64,000 nucleotides of DNA from Camelus dromedarius (GCF_036321535.1 NC_087436.1:30940001-31004000); one strand, 5' to 3'; positions 49,586 to 63,403 are shown, counted from the first letter of the stretch. Made by a program: numbers and translations. Notes: a model not told the origin generated them from the letters alone.

Positions 49586-51759
49586 GCAAGACCCGTCAGC
49601 AACTGGGAAAATTTTCCCATGGGGCCTAACATAGTAGCCAAAGCTATGCCACATGACAAACTCTTTTTTTCCAGAAGGACAGCAACAGAAAGTTAAGCCA
49701 TCTCCATGGTAATTGTTTATCTAGTTACTGGTTGGATGTTGTATTGAGGCCTTAAAGTTACCACCTGTTCTCCACTTTGCTCTGCTCAGACTGCTTCAGA
49801 AATCTGGGAAATATAAGCATCCTTTATAAATTATCCATTTCACCTCTAAGAATTATCCATTTAATTGTGCATTGTAGAAGTTAAGTTTCAAAACTTTTCA
49901 TCAAGTAGACACTATGGAGAATTAAAGCCACATAAGACAAGGGTCCTTGTTTCCCGGAACACAAAGGATTCCATGGAAGTGATTCTGAGGTTCCAAGGAC
50001 AAAGGGAGATAGAGAGTTATACTCCTTCCTTCTTCCATCTCTCTAAACTCCAAGTGCCTCCACAATATTAACATAAAAAATAGAAAAATACTGATCTATT
50101 TGTGTTAGCTCTTACTTTTCTCAAATAGGAAGATGAAGTGACAAATGCCATTCACTTGGAAAATAAGAACAAAAAGCAACCCAGAAAACTAGCTTAAAAT
50201 GTTTGGAGTCATCTTATTGCAAATACCTAGTATTTCAGGTTCTATAAATGAGTTTGGGACTCCTATGTAGCTTCTGAATTGCAGCATTCCTCACTTGACC
50301 TTGACATGTTGAAACAATGTCACATATGAGTTTCCAACTTAGGTCCTCTATCAGCAGATTCATTCCTCGGATGGGTGAACCAGGAGCTCTGTGCTGGGAT
50401 TGGCCTGTCTGGCTGTACCACACCTTGCTGTTATAAAGGCTCTCGTTTTCTCAGTTGTCTGCTGAGACCCCACTATGAATGGGCCAACTTCCCAGAACAA
50501 AAATGGTGTCACCCTTCTTTTCCTGTCTGAACCTAACTACAAAATTAGATTTCCTTCTTATACCGACATTGTTTGCACCATTCCTGGGTTTAGGTGCTTT
50601 TCTGGGCATCGCCCCTGGGAACTATATGAATAAGGGGCAACCTTTCACAGAATACACCTGTTCTAGGTACAGTTTCCCCAGAAGCAGAGTCAGAGATAAG
50701 GGTTTGGGTGGAGGCGGTGTATTCGATGGCTGACTTCATGAAGCAGGAGAAAAGGAGGAGACAGACTGGTCATGGAAGAAAGAAAAACCTGGATAAGGAA
50801 GCACTTTGAGGTTACTACTAAGAGACAGATTGGCTTGACCTTCTGAAACCTTCTGAGAAGTATAAAAAATGATGTCATTCAGAATTGTTCACTTAAAAGA
50901 TGGCAGAGTAGATTAAGCAGGTTCCTGTAGTGCCAGAGAATTCTCCAGATCAGAGAATGGAAAGACACATGGTCAACTTCAGGTGAGTTGGTGTCAGATG
51001 AGTCTGAGTTTGCAGAAAGCCATCCGCCACAGTCACAGCTGAAATCAGAGCTGAGCGAGGGCCTGGGAGGCAGGCCCAGAGCTGCTGCTGCGCCACCTCT
51101 CCTGAGCCTGGTCTCCTTTCTCTGCCCAGTGGATCTCACCACCACTGGGCTCACCATACCTTCCATATGAGTCCCCTTGCGTTATGACACCAGGGAAACC
51201 GAAAGACACTTCACCATTTTTACAAATAAAGCTGAAGTAACAGGTGATGGTAAGTGCTAGAGACGCCACCGAATGCCAATGAGAAGGATCATCTGAATGA
51301 GAAGGACATTTAAAAAGAGAAATGTGGCTAGTTTTTTCACTTTTAAATCTGTGAAAAACACAGCTCAAGCAGGAATAACCTACATGAAAATGACAGGAAA
51401 TAGCAAACATTCTATCTTAGGCAGAGAGTCAACAAGCTAACAAGTTCATCAAAGGAATGGTCAATGCATTTGCTATATCTCAAATAACGGAAGCCATGGG
51501 TGACAGAGAGAGAAAAAAACTTGCCATAAATGTAAACACAGAACAGTAGCATTAGTCCAAAAATTTTAAGCTATTCTGAAATGGAGGAAGTTTGATTTGG
51601 AGAATAAACCTAGTTAATTGAAAAAGGTTCATTCCATGAGGAAATTAAATCTTTAGTTGTCAGAGAACAAAGGTATTGTCAGAAAAAAGGCTTGTTGGTT
51701 TATATGTTTAATTTTAAAAGAGATGAAGAAAAACATCACAATACTAAATAGCCACTATT

Positions 51760-51895
51760 ATTACCACTCACAATTAAGGCCACTGAGGTGTAAAGAAGTA
51801 AAGTGATGCCCTCAGGTGACAGAGACAGAGCGTGGAAAGGCGATGCTAAGCCCGCCCTTGCTAAATTCTAAAGCCCATGTTCCTTCTACTGCCCT
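51760..51895 (-). mobile_element. MIR fragment
   Basis: 'cactgaggtgtaaagaagtaaagtgatgccctcaggtgacagag...aattctaaagcccatgttccttctact'. Confidence 0.6.
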
Positions 51896-53141
51896 AGACA
51901 GCAGAACAAGCCTTCCAGTGATTGCATTTGTCACAATGTACTCTATGGCTATAGGAAATACTAGGTTTTTTAAAAAAATGTATAATTAAAAATAGTTTTG
52001 CAATTATTGAATGATTTAAACATTATATATAGGAAGCTCAAGCTTTCACCTTTGTATATAACTATAAAGTCAGGAATTTAATTTTGCCCTCATGATACAC
52101 AAGTTTTCCTCATCAAGCCAATACGAAATACAGTAAGGACATAAAAACCATATTTGTAGAAACTAGATGTTTAAATATTCTAAAAATATATGAAACATTG
52201 TATATTGTTAATACTTTTAGCTGTATGACATGTAAATAAATAACCTAAACTCAGATTATAATATTTGTAACATATATTGTCTGGCATATTTTACTTAATA
52301 GATGATCTTATAATATTATGAAGGAATATTTTCAAGGTGAAGGTAACTTCAAAGTGGTCAACAAACTTTGAGAAGAAAAACTTTGGAAGACTATACAAAA
52401 CTGATTAAAGTAGAAAAAGAAATAAATTAAAACAAGAGAGCTGTGATAATCTGTAAGAAAAGTTTCTTCCAACAATCTGAACATCTAAGAGTGTGAAACA
52501 GTTAATGGTGGACAGAAAAGAAATCACAAGTCCTATGAAGTTAAGTTAAAGACCTAAGATTGATATCTAGAGGAAACAACAATTCCTAAGAAGGGAACTT
52601 ATTTATCCAAAATCTAGACAGAGAACTAGTCATAGATACGATCTATGACTAGTTCTTACCAATTTGTGCTAATAAATGGGGTGGGCTTGTCTACATCACT
52701 ACTTGAGAGTTGTTGAATAACATATTGCCACTCCGGATACTTGTAATTCAGTAAGTTGCGTAAGTGTTATAAAAATACTGGACATCCCAACTTGGACAAA
52801 GTAAGGATCCAAGTGTGCCTGAACATGTGTCCTGAACTGGTAATTGAGACAGAAGAAGCCAATTTGCAAGACTGATTTTAGCCATAGGAAGAAAATGGTT
52901 TCATTCAAGTGGGGTGGAGGAAAAGACAGCATCCAGCTAATGTTCAATACCTTTCCCTCCTCCCAACTCTTAGATTTGTGGCTCAAACAGACACAGCTAA
53001 AGTTAAACAAGCTTTTCTCCCCAGGGGATGCTGATGGTCAGGGCCACAATGGACAAGAGTCCTCATCTATGAGAAATACACTTGGCTTTGTTACAGTGTC
53101 GGCTCCAGGGCATGTATTCATGAGGATGAAGCTTTGAACAG

Positions 53142-53520
53142 TGTGTTAGTACTAGTTTTGATTGCAAATGACAGAAAACCAGACCAATAATTAATCAAAG
53201 AAATTTCTCTTATGCAGTAAGAAATGCTAGAATGTAGACAGTTGATGGTAGTGGTTCAGTTGTTCCCAGAATCCATCCATGACCCAGGACCTTCATTTTT
53301 CTTCTTCACTATCCTCAGGGCACATCCTGTTGCCTTGTCTTGTGGTCATAGAGAGAATGCTGCATCTCCAGGTATCACATCCTATTCACCCTCATTTGAT
53401 CATTTTACCAAAAAAACCTTTATCCACCACCATCACCACCAGATGACCTCCCTCCCCTTGGGAACAGAGCTGTGTCACAGGCCCATGTCAAGCTGCAAGG
53501 AAGGTTTCCCACCCTTTGTG
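53142..53520 (-). mobile_element. MaLR LTR (MLT1J/K-like)
   Basis: 'tgtgttagt...gattgcaaatgacagaaaacc...atgacccagg...gctgcatctccaggtatcacatcc...ctgtgtcacaggccca...agctgcaaggaagg'. Confidence 0.7.
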
Positions 53521-54003
53521 GTAGAAAGTGACAAGGGATAAGCCTTCAACTACGTCACTTAATCACTTCATCAACATTTATTTTTTATGACTGTGTACAG
53601 GATTAAAATGTTTGGACTGTTCGAATACTGAAACATTGCTGTTTTATTTCCTTTATTTGTCATAACGGGAGAGTGAGATGAGAATGATTTCCTTTCTTCC
53701 TGAAGTTTAATTCCAAATCTCTCAAAGAAAGTCAAAGTCTTTTTCAATTGCTAATGATTCAGATCTAGTTTTGACAAAACTTCAGGACTATCATGAAAGA
53801 ACTAGACAACAATTGAGTTTGAGAAGAAATGAAACTGAGGGTTCCTCTAAAGGAAACTAGGAAAGAAAAAGGAGGGTTTCTCTAAAAATAAAAGGGGGTC
53901 AGGGAAGTTGGGGCATGGCTGAGGGGCTCTGAAATTAGACATGACCTTGGGGACATTTCCAAGAAAGAGAAAAGGCCTGGGAAATAATGGATGGATAGAT
54001 ATT

Positions 54004-54005
<2 letters not shown>

Positions 54006-54035
<30 letters not shown>
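54006..54035. repeat. (AC)n microsatellite
   Basis: 15 AC units. Confidence 0.95.
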
Positions 54036-54038
<3 letters not shown>

Positions 54039-55200
54039 AAACTCTTAATTCCCATTAGTCATCTGAGCTGACTCAACCAGAGACTGTCCAGCTTTCACTT
54101 GGAAAATCATTTCACAAGATTATTATTAATCAGATAAAAATATCAAAGTGAAAATAAAAATGTGTTAAAGGAAACAAAAGTTGATGTCTAAAAAAATCAA
54201 ACAGGAAGCTGAAAAGAGGTTCTGAATAAGAGAACAGGAGACATTCTAAAGGAGGAATAATTATCGCAAATGTCCAGAATGAAAAACAGAAGAAAATACG
54301 TTTTCAAATTGTCATGAATTATTTTGTTTGATATAGGATTATGATAAAGAAAATAATACTAAAACAAAGAAAAATAATGAACTTGGATAATTATTTCTTT
54401 TTTGAGGTTTTCAGTGAAAGGGCACAATTTCTTTATCTAGAGTTGATGTTTCTATTCTGTTCTAATTAGGGTTAAAATGGCTCAACTGAATTCACAATGT
54501 ATTTTTACAAACCATAGAATCTCAAGATTTTTAGGTACTGAACTTTATCTTACTCTTTTTACTTCTAAAAATTCTGCTGCTTCTTATGTGTTTCTTTAGT
54601 CTGACATATGAAATGAATTATTTTAATGCTAAAACTTGAGTAGCAAGAATTGGCATTTCCTTTTAAATAATATTTTCACCTACAGACATTTCGGATATGT
54701 ATTTTCACAAGCATCTAAAATCTTGAAGTAGTTTTTTTTTTTTTTTCATTTTCTCTTTCTGCTTCTGTGTGCTCCTTGAGAGTGTCATGATTTGTCTGAG
54801 AATGTTTCCATCCCCAAAGTCTGAGCCTGCTCCTTTTTTAGGCTTAGCTCTCATTATCCCACGAGGACTTTTAAGTGGGACAGGGTATCATGGCATGGTT
54901 AGTGGAGCCTAACAAGTTTTCTAAGATTGGTGATTATTTTTTTTATCTTAATTGTATGGCAAATGGTTATATCTTACTCCATTACATCTTTTTAAGCAAA
55001 TACTGGAAAGGAGCAGTTTCTCTTTTCCCTTAATCCCCTAGTCTTATGAATCTCACCACATCAACTTTAGTCTGCTACTTCCATTTTTACACTTTTCATT
55101 TAACACTCAACCTGCTGTTGCCTGTTTTCCAATGCTGAGGCTCAGCACCACGAAGCAGACAAAAAGCAGCAAGACGACAGAAATAGCATATGTGGGCACG

Positions 55201-55261
55201 CACATACACACACACAGACACACACAGAAACACACACACACACAGACACACACACACACAC
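55201..55261. repeat. Interrupted (CA)n microsatellite
   Basis: CA runs interrupted by GA/GAA. Confidence 0.9.
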
Positions 55262-57464
55262 CAGGAACTCTTGAAAGGAGACAATGTTAATAATAAAACT
55301 GAAAAAGTCACACAGATGGAAAACTACATTTGCAGCATCTGGTCCATCTGCTGGTCAGCCAATAACACAGATTTCTGAATATTTCTACTGATAGAGACTT
55401 AACCTTATTCTTAAAAAAAATTTTGGCCCTTCAAAAATATTTCTACTTGCACACTGATATCTAATAGCCAATATTCCTATACAGAAACTATTTCCTTACT
55501 TACAACTGCAAAACCTCTTTCCTTACCTAAAATCTCTTCCATTGTTAATACTGTTCAGTTGTTCACAGTTTTAAGGATCAAGACAGTCACTCATTTATTT
55601 TAATCTTTTCTTCCTCAGATATTTCTTATGTCTATAAATTTCTTTTTGATTCTTGCCATCATAATGTTTGGCTTCACTCCTAAACACTCTATGACTGAAC
55701 GGTAGCTAAAGCTGTCAGGTGATAGGCTACTTCTTCCACTACTGATTTATATACTGCAGTCAGTTCACCCCCTTTGACTCCTACACTGACTCCTACTTAC
55801 CTGTCAAATGAAACTGAAACTCCTAATCACAGACACTAAGTTGACTTTACACTAACCTCCCTCAAATATACCCTTGCAGTTGTTTATTTTCTGTATTATA
55901 ATTGATTTTTCCCCCCACATGTTCTTAAGAAGGGGCATCAAAAATCCTGAGACAAATTTTAAAAATTCTAACTCTCTGCTTCTGTACAGTGGATTGCCCT
56001 TCCGCTTTTCCACCAAGTTTTCTTACCTACTTTTACAAAGTGTTTTCTTTTATAAAGCTTTTTCAGATTAATGCTAATTCCTCTGATTGCTCCAACTGTC
56101 TAACAAACTGCATTATTGTAGTGACCAGACGGTTAGTTGTCATATACTGGAGCAACACAGCTTTAAAATAAGAACTTACCTCATCATGAAGTGTGATTCT
56201 TTTTTTTTTAACATTTTTTTTTGGGGTGTGGAGGTAATCAATTGTGATTTTTTTTTAAACTTTTACCCATAAAACTATTTGTTTAAATGAGAGCTATGCC
56301 AATTACAGCCATTGAATGTGTGTTCATACATACGTGCAAATGTTTAAATTTCAGAAATCTTGCATTTCACATCAGGAGGCCAGGCTCAACAGATGCTTCC
56401 ATATGTTAACACACCTTGTTAAGGCAGAAGGTGTTAATTAAACAAATAATTCATATTAAGAATGCATATCACTTTTATAAATCACAATGAATTAATCTGC
56501 TGTATTCTCTGTGTGATGGCTGCTAGTCAGGATGTGGCCTTTAGTCACAACCTACACATTGACACACTGGTGTAATATGTATGAATGTGTATAAATAGAA
56601 TAGTCAATACATTATTAACTGCTCCCATTCCATGAAAGATTTCAAATTTGCCACAGAAGCAAACCTCATGGAACATTTATAGGTGATGTTTACAGTAGGC
56701 ATAAGAGAGGATTACACTATTTCTAGTTAAGCCCAGGTAGTATTGACCTAGATCCTTCAAAATGTATTGTGGAGGTAAAGCCCATTGGACTTTGAGGCTC
56801 GCAAGAGGTGGGCACGGAAAGAGAGATGCCTCAAAACCTGCTCTGAGGCTCAGTAAGATCTTTGAGTGAAAGGATCGAGTTTCTTGTTGAAACACCCCTT
56901 CTGCTTCATTTTAAGTGTCCTGACCAAGCTTAGTCTCAAATTAGGAGTCCTAGGAAATAAAGTTGGTGCAAAAGTGGGAAAGGATGAAGTATGACTTTAG
57001 GAAGTCAAATCTAGATCTAAGATATCAAGAAGCAGTGAAACTTGTCATGAGCAAGCCTAGAATCAGGTCTACAAAAACAGTGCAAAGCAAGTAGCTTTGG
57101 TGGGTAGCAATTGGAGGAGATTCCCTGAGGTACTAGGTGAAGAGGGAGAAATTTTTAGGAATTCTTGTGGCACAGTTCATAAGTAGGGTCATGGGTATGG
57201 AGGTGGAACTGATCAGAGTAAGTAAAACCTCACCCATGCTCAGGCCCTCCTGCCCTCTGTACAGAAGTCAAAAATTCTAGTTTTCCAGTCTCCTTAAATG
57301 TCTTTATTCACTCCACTTTTCAAACTGACCCTAGAATCATCTTTCTTAAATATGTAACTGCATCAGTTAATTTTTAATCACTTCTTGATACTTGCCTCTT
57401 ACTAGCAATAATAAGGCAACTACTTTTAATTTGGTATTTATGGGTGTTAAAATTTGGCCCCAGA

Positions 57465-57640
57465 GACCAGAGGCTCTAATCAGAGATTACCAATGTTCAA
57501 ATCTAGACTTCACGAAGTGCTAAATATGTGACCTTGAAACCCATCTCAAAGGGTCTTCAAATATTGTGAGGATTAAATGAGCTAACATATTAAAGCATTT
57601 AGAATAATTCCTGAAACAGAGTAAGCAACAAGGAAAGTTA
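57465..57640 (+). mobile_element. MIR SINE (internally deleted) flanked by L2 remnants
   Basis: 'aggctctaatcaga...gttcaaatctagact...atgtgaccttg...ttgtgaggattaaatgagctaaca.attaaagcatttagaata'. Confidence 0.7.
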
Positions 57641-58224
57641 GCCATGTACCTTGGGTGCCTAGAACATCCATGTACTCTTCCTGTTGGACCTTCTGGGCAC
57701 CATCATTTCTCTGAGACTTTGTATAGTTCTTACCACATTAACTACAGTAACCTGTAAATGTGAGTGTTCCTGGGTAGCCTGTGAGGTAGAGATCATGGCT
57801 TTTTAATTTTGTTCCCATCTCCTGGATGTTTCTTTCACATAGTCAGAGCTTAATAAATAATTAAGAATATGCATTGATGAATTTTTTTTTAAATAGAAAG
57901 GTTTAAAACCATGCAGTTAGATAAATTCAGGGCTGATGCTGCTTAATTAATCTCTGTCAGCTTGTAAGGATGTCTCCACTGATACACCACAGGTTTCCAT
58001 CCTGAGTCTATCATCATCAAAATTGTGATCCAAACACAAAGAGGAAGAATAGTTAATATGCCAGATGGCAGAATGAATGTGAATAAAGTATAGTATAAAC
58101 TAGAATAACTGACTTAAAACAAAACAAAAAAAAATTAAAGTAACATGGTTACCTGATATACAATGTTCTTGATTTGAGGATTTAAAAAATACATTTAAGA
58201 GAGAGATTTAGCTTCAAATAAGCT

Positions 58225-58425
58225 AATGGAAAATTTTATGGGGATCTTAGCTGACCACAAGTAAGATATGAGTCTCTTGTTTGATCTCATTACAGAGAGA
58301 CTACATAGTGTTAGGGAGGTGATAAAGTCTTTAAAACAAGGAAATAAATGTCTATTGCATTAATTACTGGTCTCTAGTCTACAGAATCACTTTGAGACAA
58401 ATGGCAAACTGAAGTGAGTTTCAGC
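58225..58425 (+). mobile_element. L3/CR1 LINE remnant
   Basis: 'ggggatcttagctgaccacaag.aagatatgagtc...tgtttgat' and 'ggcaaactgaagtgagtttcag' resemble the CR1 RT 3' region. Confidence 0.45.
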
Positions 58426-59234
58426 TTAAATCTTTTAAGAATCTGTGACCTACTCTAACAGCAACAAAAAATTTTTTCCCTCTGAGCCATTTCTTTATAT
58501 TTATAGGGTATTATTGCTATTGTTATTAATATGGCAATTTTAGTGGGAGTATTTGGGGTATCAATTTTATTACCTCAACTTGAATACACACCAAAAATTG
58601 ATGATCACTAGTTTCTCTTGAGTTATACCACAGTGTAATAGGTTTTCTATAGGAACTTTCCTTCATTCTAGTGGCAGTATTATTTACTCTTCTAGAAACA
58701 ACTTAGATTGGATAATTTTCAACTTATAAATGCATATTGCTTTTCTAGACTATCATGCTACACAAAAATTTAGAAACCATAAGGTTCAAAGTCTTGAAAT
58801 GACTACTGAACCAAATTAAACTATTATTTTCTTAGGAGGTATTTGCACATATAATCAAGGATGTAATCCAATTACATACTCTAAATGAGCTTTGCTGATA
58901 ATATTCCATTATTAAATCAGTATTCTGAGTTTATTGGAGTTTTTCATTCAACCATCTGTTGTGAAAATAAAAGAGAACAATGCTTCATTTGTGATTCTTA
59001 ACTGTTTGTTTAATCTACATATGTTTTGTACCCTTTGGTCCTAGCACATCTTGATCTAACTCTTTCATTCCACAAAACTAAACTACCCATCAAAATGACC
59101 TTTAGACTAGACCATAAATGAGCTTCATTTAATATAATATTTCCAGGTCTAGTGCAATGACAGCACGTATACACAGGTGGGTATTAACTGACTTCATAAG
59201 GAAAGGAAAACGATGAGGAACATCTTCTCTTGGT

Positions 59235-59470
59235 CCCTCCAAATTTACTCCCCACCTTTTCCCACCCTGCTTTCTACCTGGTGCCCTCTGGCTATGGGGT
59301 CAGTCAATGAAGATATCTGGAGAGTGAATTAGGGAAGAAGAGCTATTTCAGGAAATTTATTCTCCTGGTTCTTTCCTGGGAGCTTGCCTCTGGCTGGCTG
59401 TGTCCCTTGACTGGTCCTCAGAAGGTGATGGGCACTATATAACTTACTCTCTTTGGCATTCTAGGCTTTC
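59235..59470. mobile_element. ERVL LTR fragment (LTR33-like)
   Basis: 'cccaccctgctttct...tgccctctggct.tggggtcagtcaatg...atttattctcctgg...tggctggctgtgtcccttgac'. Confidence 0.5.
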
Positions 59471-60363
59471 TGGACTAGGAATTCACAGTCTAGATTTGGT
59501 GGTATTTGCTGTTTACATTAGCAACATTAAGTTTAGTTTCTTTTAGATATATAGATATGTAAAAAATAAAAATTAAACTCAGAATAATATAATTTTCATT
59601 TTGGAAACAATATGGATATTATGTTAGGCCTCCTTGTGTGCAAATATAACAGCATGTACACACTGGGAAAAAAAAAAACTGACTGACACTGCAATTGTCA
59701 ACACGAGATGCTTTATACAGGAAATTTGCTGTATATATACCCCTTAGGAATTAAGGTGAGCTTTGGCAGGAGGTAGTTGATCTGGGATTTTGGATTTTGT
59801 CCATCTTCCCTTCTCAGTAACACAGCTAACATCTGGTAAAATTTGGCAGAAATGAAGTGAATATATGCACAGGGGACAACTGATATTGGCTGCGGGGGAG
59901 GAGCAAACTAACAAAGAAACCTCAAACAGCAAGAACAGATGTACTTCCCACTGGCAAAATCCTCTATGGAGAAAGCAAACTGCCTGCAGTGGGAGACATT
60001 CTGGTTTGGTTCTTCTAGTTAGTGAGAAACTAGGAATAACAGAAAAATGGATCACAAACAGGTTAGAGAAATCTAAGCAAATATGATGCAAAGACATTCA
60101 ACTGATCTTACTAGACACTGATGGTAGACATAGTCGTATATACTCCAAGTTTAACCTAATTTGCAGTTGGGGTTGAGTAAGTTGTAGATTATTACTCTAA
60201 GTCAAAAGCTGTTAAACTTTTTCTGTAAAGGGCAAGATAAGTAAATATGTTAGGCTTTGTGAGCCAAGAGACAAAATCAATGATATTATGAAGGTACTGA
60301 TAACAAAAGGGAGAAAAACAAACTTCTGTAAATTTTTAATTGACAAAATTCAAAATATAACTG

Positions 60364-60409
<46 letters not shown>
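60364..60409. repeat. (TAA)n microsatellite
   Basis: About 15 ATA/TAA units. Confidence 0.95.
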
Positions 60410-60412
<3 letters not shown>

Positions 60413-60669
60413 TTGAGTAAAACTTTTATAGTTAAAATTCTACTAATGAGAAGAATGGAATTCTTTCTTTGGTAGGGGAAACATTCTGATTAATTAGGAT
60501 TCAAATTTAACTCAGTCATCATGGTAGAAACATGGTCTTATTGTTCTGCAAAGTCTTCCCTTGCTTCTCTGAAGCTTCATCCTGGGACCACACCAAAATG
60601 TGTTTCCTGCATTTCTCTTGTTCACACTTACAGACTTCCCTCATAATACGGACTAACTTTTCATATGGG

Positions 60670-61110
60670 AAAGCAGGTTAAAACACAGGTTCTAAATAGA
60701 TAAATAACAAGTTTATACTGTATAGTGCAGGGAACCATATTCATATTGTAGTAACTTATGGTGAAAAAATTATGAAAATGAATATATGTATGTTCCTATG
60801 TGACTGAAGTATTGTGCTGTACACCACAAATTGACACAACATTGTAAATGGGTTATACTTCAGTAAAAATGTATATTTAAAAAAACCCCACAGGTTCTGT
60901 GTTAAGACTGCCTGAGTTTCAATCCCAGCTGAACTATTCATTGACTGTCTTATCTTTGACTACTTACTTAACCTTCCAAAGTTTCAATTTCCTCATCTAA
61001 GAATGAGTTATAGTACCTGCTTCACAGAGTTGTTATCAAGATTGAATGAACTAACAAATGCAAAGATTGAGAACACTGCGTGGCATAATATAAAGCAGTC
61101 AATATAAATG
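60670..61110 (+). mobile_element. MIR SINE split by L1
   Basis: 'gcaggttaaaacacaggttct|gtgttaagactgcctgagtttcaatcccagct...ttacttaacctt...tttcctcatct...gtacctgcttcacagagttgtt...tggcata'. Confidence 0.75.
60694..60888 (+). mobile_element. Short L1 3'UTR insertion (artiodactyl/camelid type)
   Basis: 'aaatagataaataacaag...tactgtatagtgcagggaaccatattca...tgctgtacacca.aaattgacacaacattgtaaa...tatacttca'; TSD core cacaggttct at 60684-93 and 60889-98. Confidence 0.85.
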
Positions 61111-61919
61111 TTATTTTTCTGATATTTTCAACCATATAAAAACAAAATCTCTCAGCTCGGAGCCCATACGAAAATCAGTCATAGGACCAGATTCAGCCCA
61201 CAGGCTATCGTTTTCAGACTCTTACTCCAAGTGATATTTAGCACCGTCTTACTCTCTACTTTTTTAGACACAGATCTGTTTAACTTTCATCCTCTTGGTA
61301 CAATTGAGATTCAACAGCAGGAAATAAATATTACTTCCCCAACCACAGAGAGGCTGTGTCAGGTTTTTTCATCAGAATACTTTTAATCTAAATTCTGTTT
61401 AGAAATTTGAAATGAAAAATTCTGTTTCTTCTACTGTCACCCATTCACCAAGTATAACCTTCATTTTTCCTCTCCATCACCCTTACTCTCACCCCCACAG
61501 TAGTCCATACATCTGGATCCCTGGTTTACTTTCCCTTCTTAATATGAACTTCCTTTCCCATGTTAAATAAATTCTACAAAGTCAGTGACCATACCTTTAT
61601 TCTAATAGTACCCCATTGCTGTTTCTCAAATTTTATTTCCTTCTTTAATGTCTTTACGATCAGCCTGTGCCACTCTCTGTTGAATATCTACATGTTCACC
61701 ACTGACTTGACCATATCGTCCACCACTTCAATGCTTGCTGTTAGTGTGAAGGCCTTTAATTTCCTTGTATCTGACCCGTCTAACAAATGAACCCCACAGA
61801 TTCTTTACCTCTTAAATGTTAATTTCTTTCCATCTGTTCAACTTGATCACATTACCTATCACCATCCCAACTCTGAACTATTACACTCCAATTTCATGCT
61901 AGTACATTATTCCTTATTA

Positions 61920-62720
61920 AAAGAGTATTTATTAAATGATACAAAAATGACTTAGAGCATTATATAAACTTATTCCTAGGGTCTTACTCTAGTCTGAAGG
62001 AAGTGATACATCAGCTGACTTGAGAAACATGAGTAAGAGTTATTCATGTTAAGAGGTGGGAGAAGAGAAGGAGCATTTCAGAAAGAGAGAAAAAAATATA
62101 TGAATTTGCTGAAGCAAGAAAGAAAGGCCAGTAGGGCTGAGTCACAGAAATTGTATGTACAGAGGAGGCAGTAAGTGGTGTGAGATCAGGTTTAAGCTGT
62201 TGGCAGAGACCAAAGCTGAATAGCTAATGTTAAGGACTTCAAAAGTATCTCGTTATAGATCACTTGGCTTCAGTGTGGATTGAAAGGCAAGAAAGAAGGA
62301 AGGTGAGGTTGGGAAAACAATTAAAAAGCTATTTTGGTAGAAAAGAGAAGACATTTGGTAGCTTAGGCTTGCGGCAGAAAGCGGAGGTGGGAATTCATGG
62401 CAGTGGGAAGAAGAGTAGTGGAGACATTTGAGAAAATGTTTATAAGGAAAATCAATGGGACTAGGTAGTTTATCGGAAGGAAGAAGAACGAAATTTAAAC
62501 CTGACAAGCAAGTTTTATGGCTTGAGCTAATAGGTAAATAAATGATGATGCCACGTGTTGAGGTTAAGTTACAAAGAAAGGGAGCATCGATGGGAGCAAG
62601 AGAGTAACTGGTCACAACGAGTTTAAAGTAAGTAGAAACCAAAATGGAGAATTCAGAAGAGTAGGCTGGGGAAACATATCAGACGGTGTTTGGGATATAG
62701 ATGACAATTGAAACAAATAT
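61920..62720 (-). mobile_element. L2 fragment
   Basis: Purine-rich antisense L2: 'ggaagtgatacatcagctga...gagcatttcagaaagag...agatcacttggcttcagtgtgg...aattaaaaagctatt...gaaaatcaatgggactaggt'. Confidence 0.7.
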
Positions 62721-62739
62721 GAGGCTCAAGTCAGACATC

Positions 62740-63403
62740 ATCCTAAATCTTTTTTCCTACCTTCCTCCGTTTCATATTCTGTTAGTTATTAAGTCCAACC
62801 AACTTCATTCCCTAAATATCTCTTTTATCCATCTTCTTATCATCATTAGACTTCAGGTGCACTGGTGTGGACATTTGTCATCTCTCTGCTGGGCTATCAA
62901 GAGTCCCACCTCACCCCTCAGTCTCACATCTGTTCAATATACCTATCTACACTGCTCTCAGATAAATTAAACTCACTATATCCCTCATCTGCTCAAAATT
63001 CTTCAGTTGCGTCTCATTCCCATGAAGGGTGAAATTTATATTCTTTGCACAGCCTGTACTGTCCTATATGATCTAGACCTCATTATTTAACCAAACATTC
63101 CACACTCCTTCAAAGCTCTGTAATCGTGTGTTTGTTATGCATGTTGCCACTTCTGCCTGGAATATGTCTTCCTAGTCTTCAAGTCTCAACAAGTAAAAAG
63201 CATTTTCTGGTTAAATGAAGGTGCTTGTCTTGTGTTCCCACTGCCCTTTGCCCTTCTCCTTGTTGGTGCTTTTATTTGTTTTTCAGTCCACCCACTATGC
63301 AATAAATAATTTGAACGCAATGTCTGTATCTTTGCATTTTTGGATCCACAATACCTAATATAGCTGGTAAGGAGGCATTCAAAAACTTGGTTTTGAATGA
63401 ATG
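62740..63403 (+). mobile_element. L2 3' portion
   Basis: 'taagtcc...ttcattccctaaatatctct...ctgctcaaaattcttcagttg..tctcatt...atgatctagacc...cttctgcctggaat...acctaatatagctggtaaggaggcattcaaaaacttggttttgaatgaatg'. Confidence 0.75.

Larger units (their letters stand above)
60203..61225. mobile_element. MER58/Cheshire-like hAT ends enclosing younger or unrelated inserts
   Basis: Left end 'aaactttttctgtaaagggcaagataagtaaatatgttaggctttgtgagcca' (60203-60500); right end 'ttttcaaccatataaaaac...ctcagctcggagcccatacgaaaa...ccagattcagcccacaggcta..gttt' (61115-61225). Confidence 0.65.

Noticed and set aside
51085..51105. Possible CTCF motif (AGGTGGCGC on the minus strand)
   Set aside because: The 5' CCASY half of the core is missing.
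56200..56240. Second vic-1 SINE ('ttttttggggtgtggaggtaatc')
   Set aside because: Only a tail-like fragment is present with no tRNA head; too short to call.
62253..62642. 129-aa ORF
   Set aside because: Lies entirely within decayed L2 sequence.
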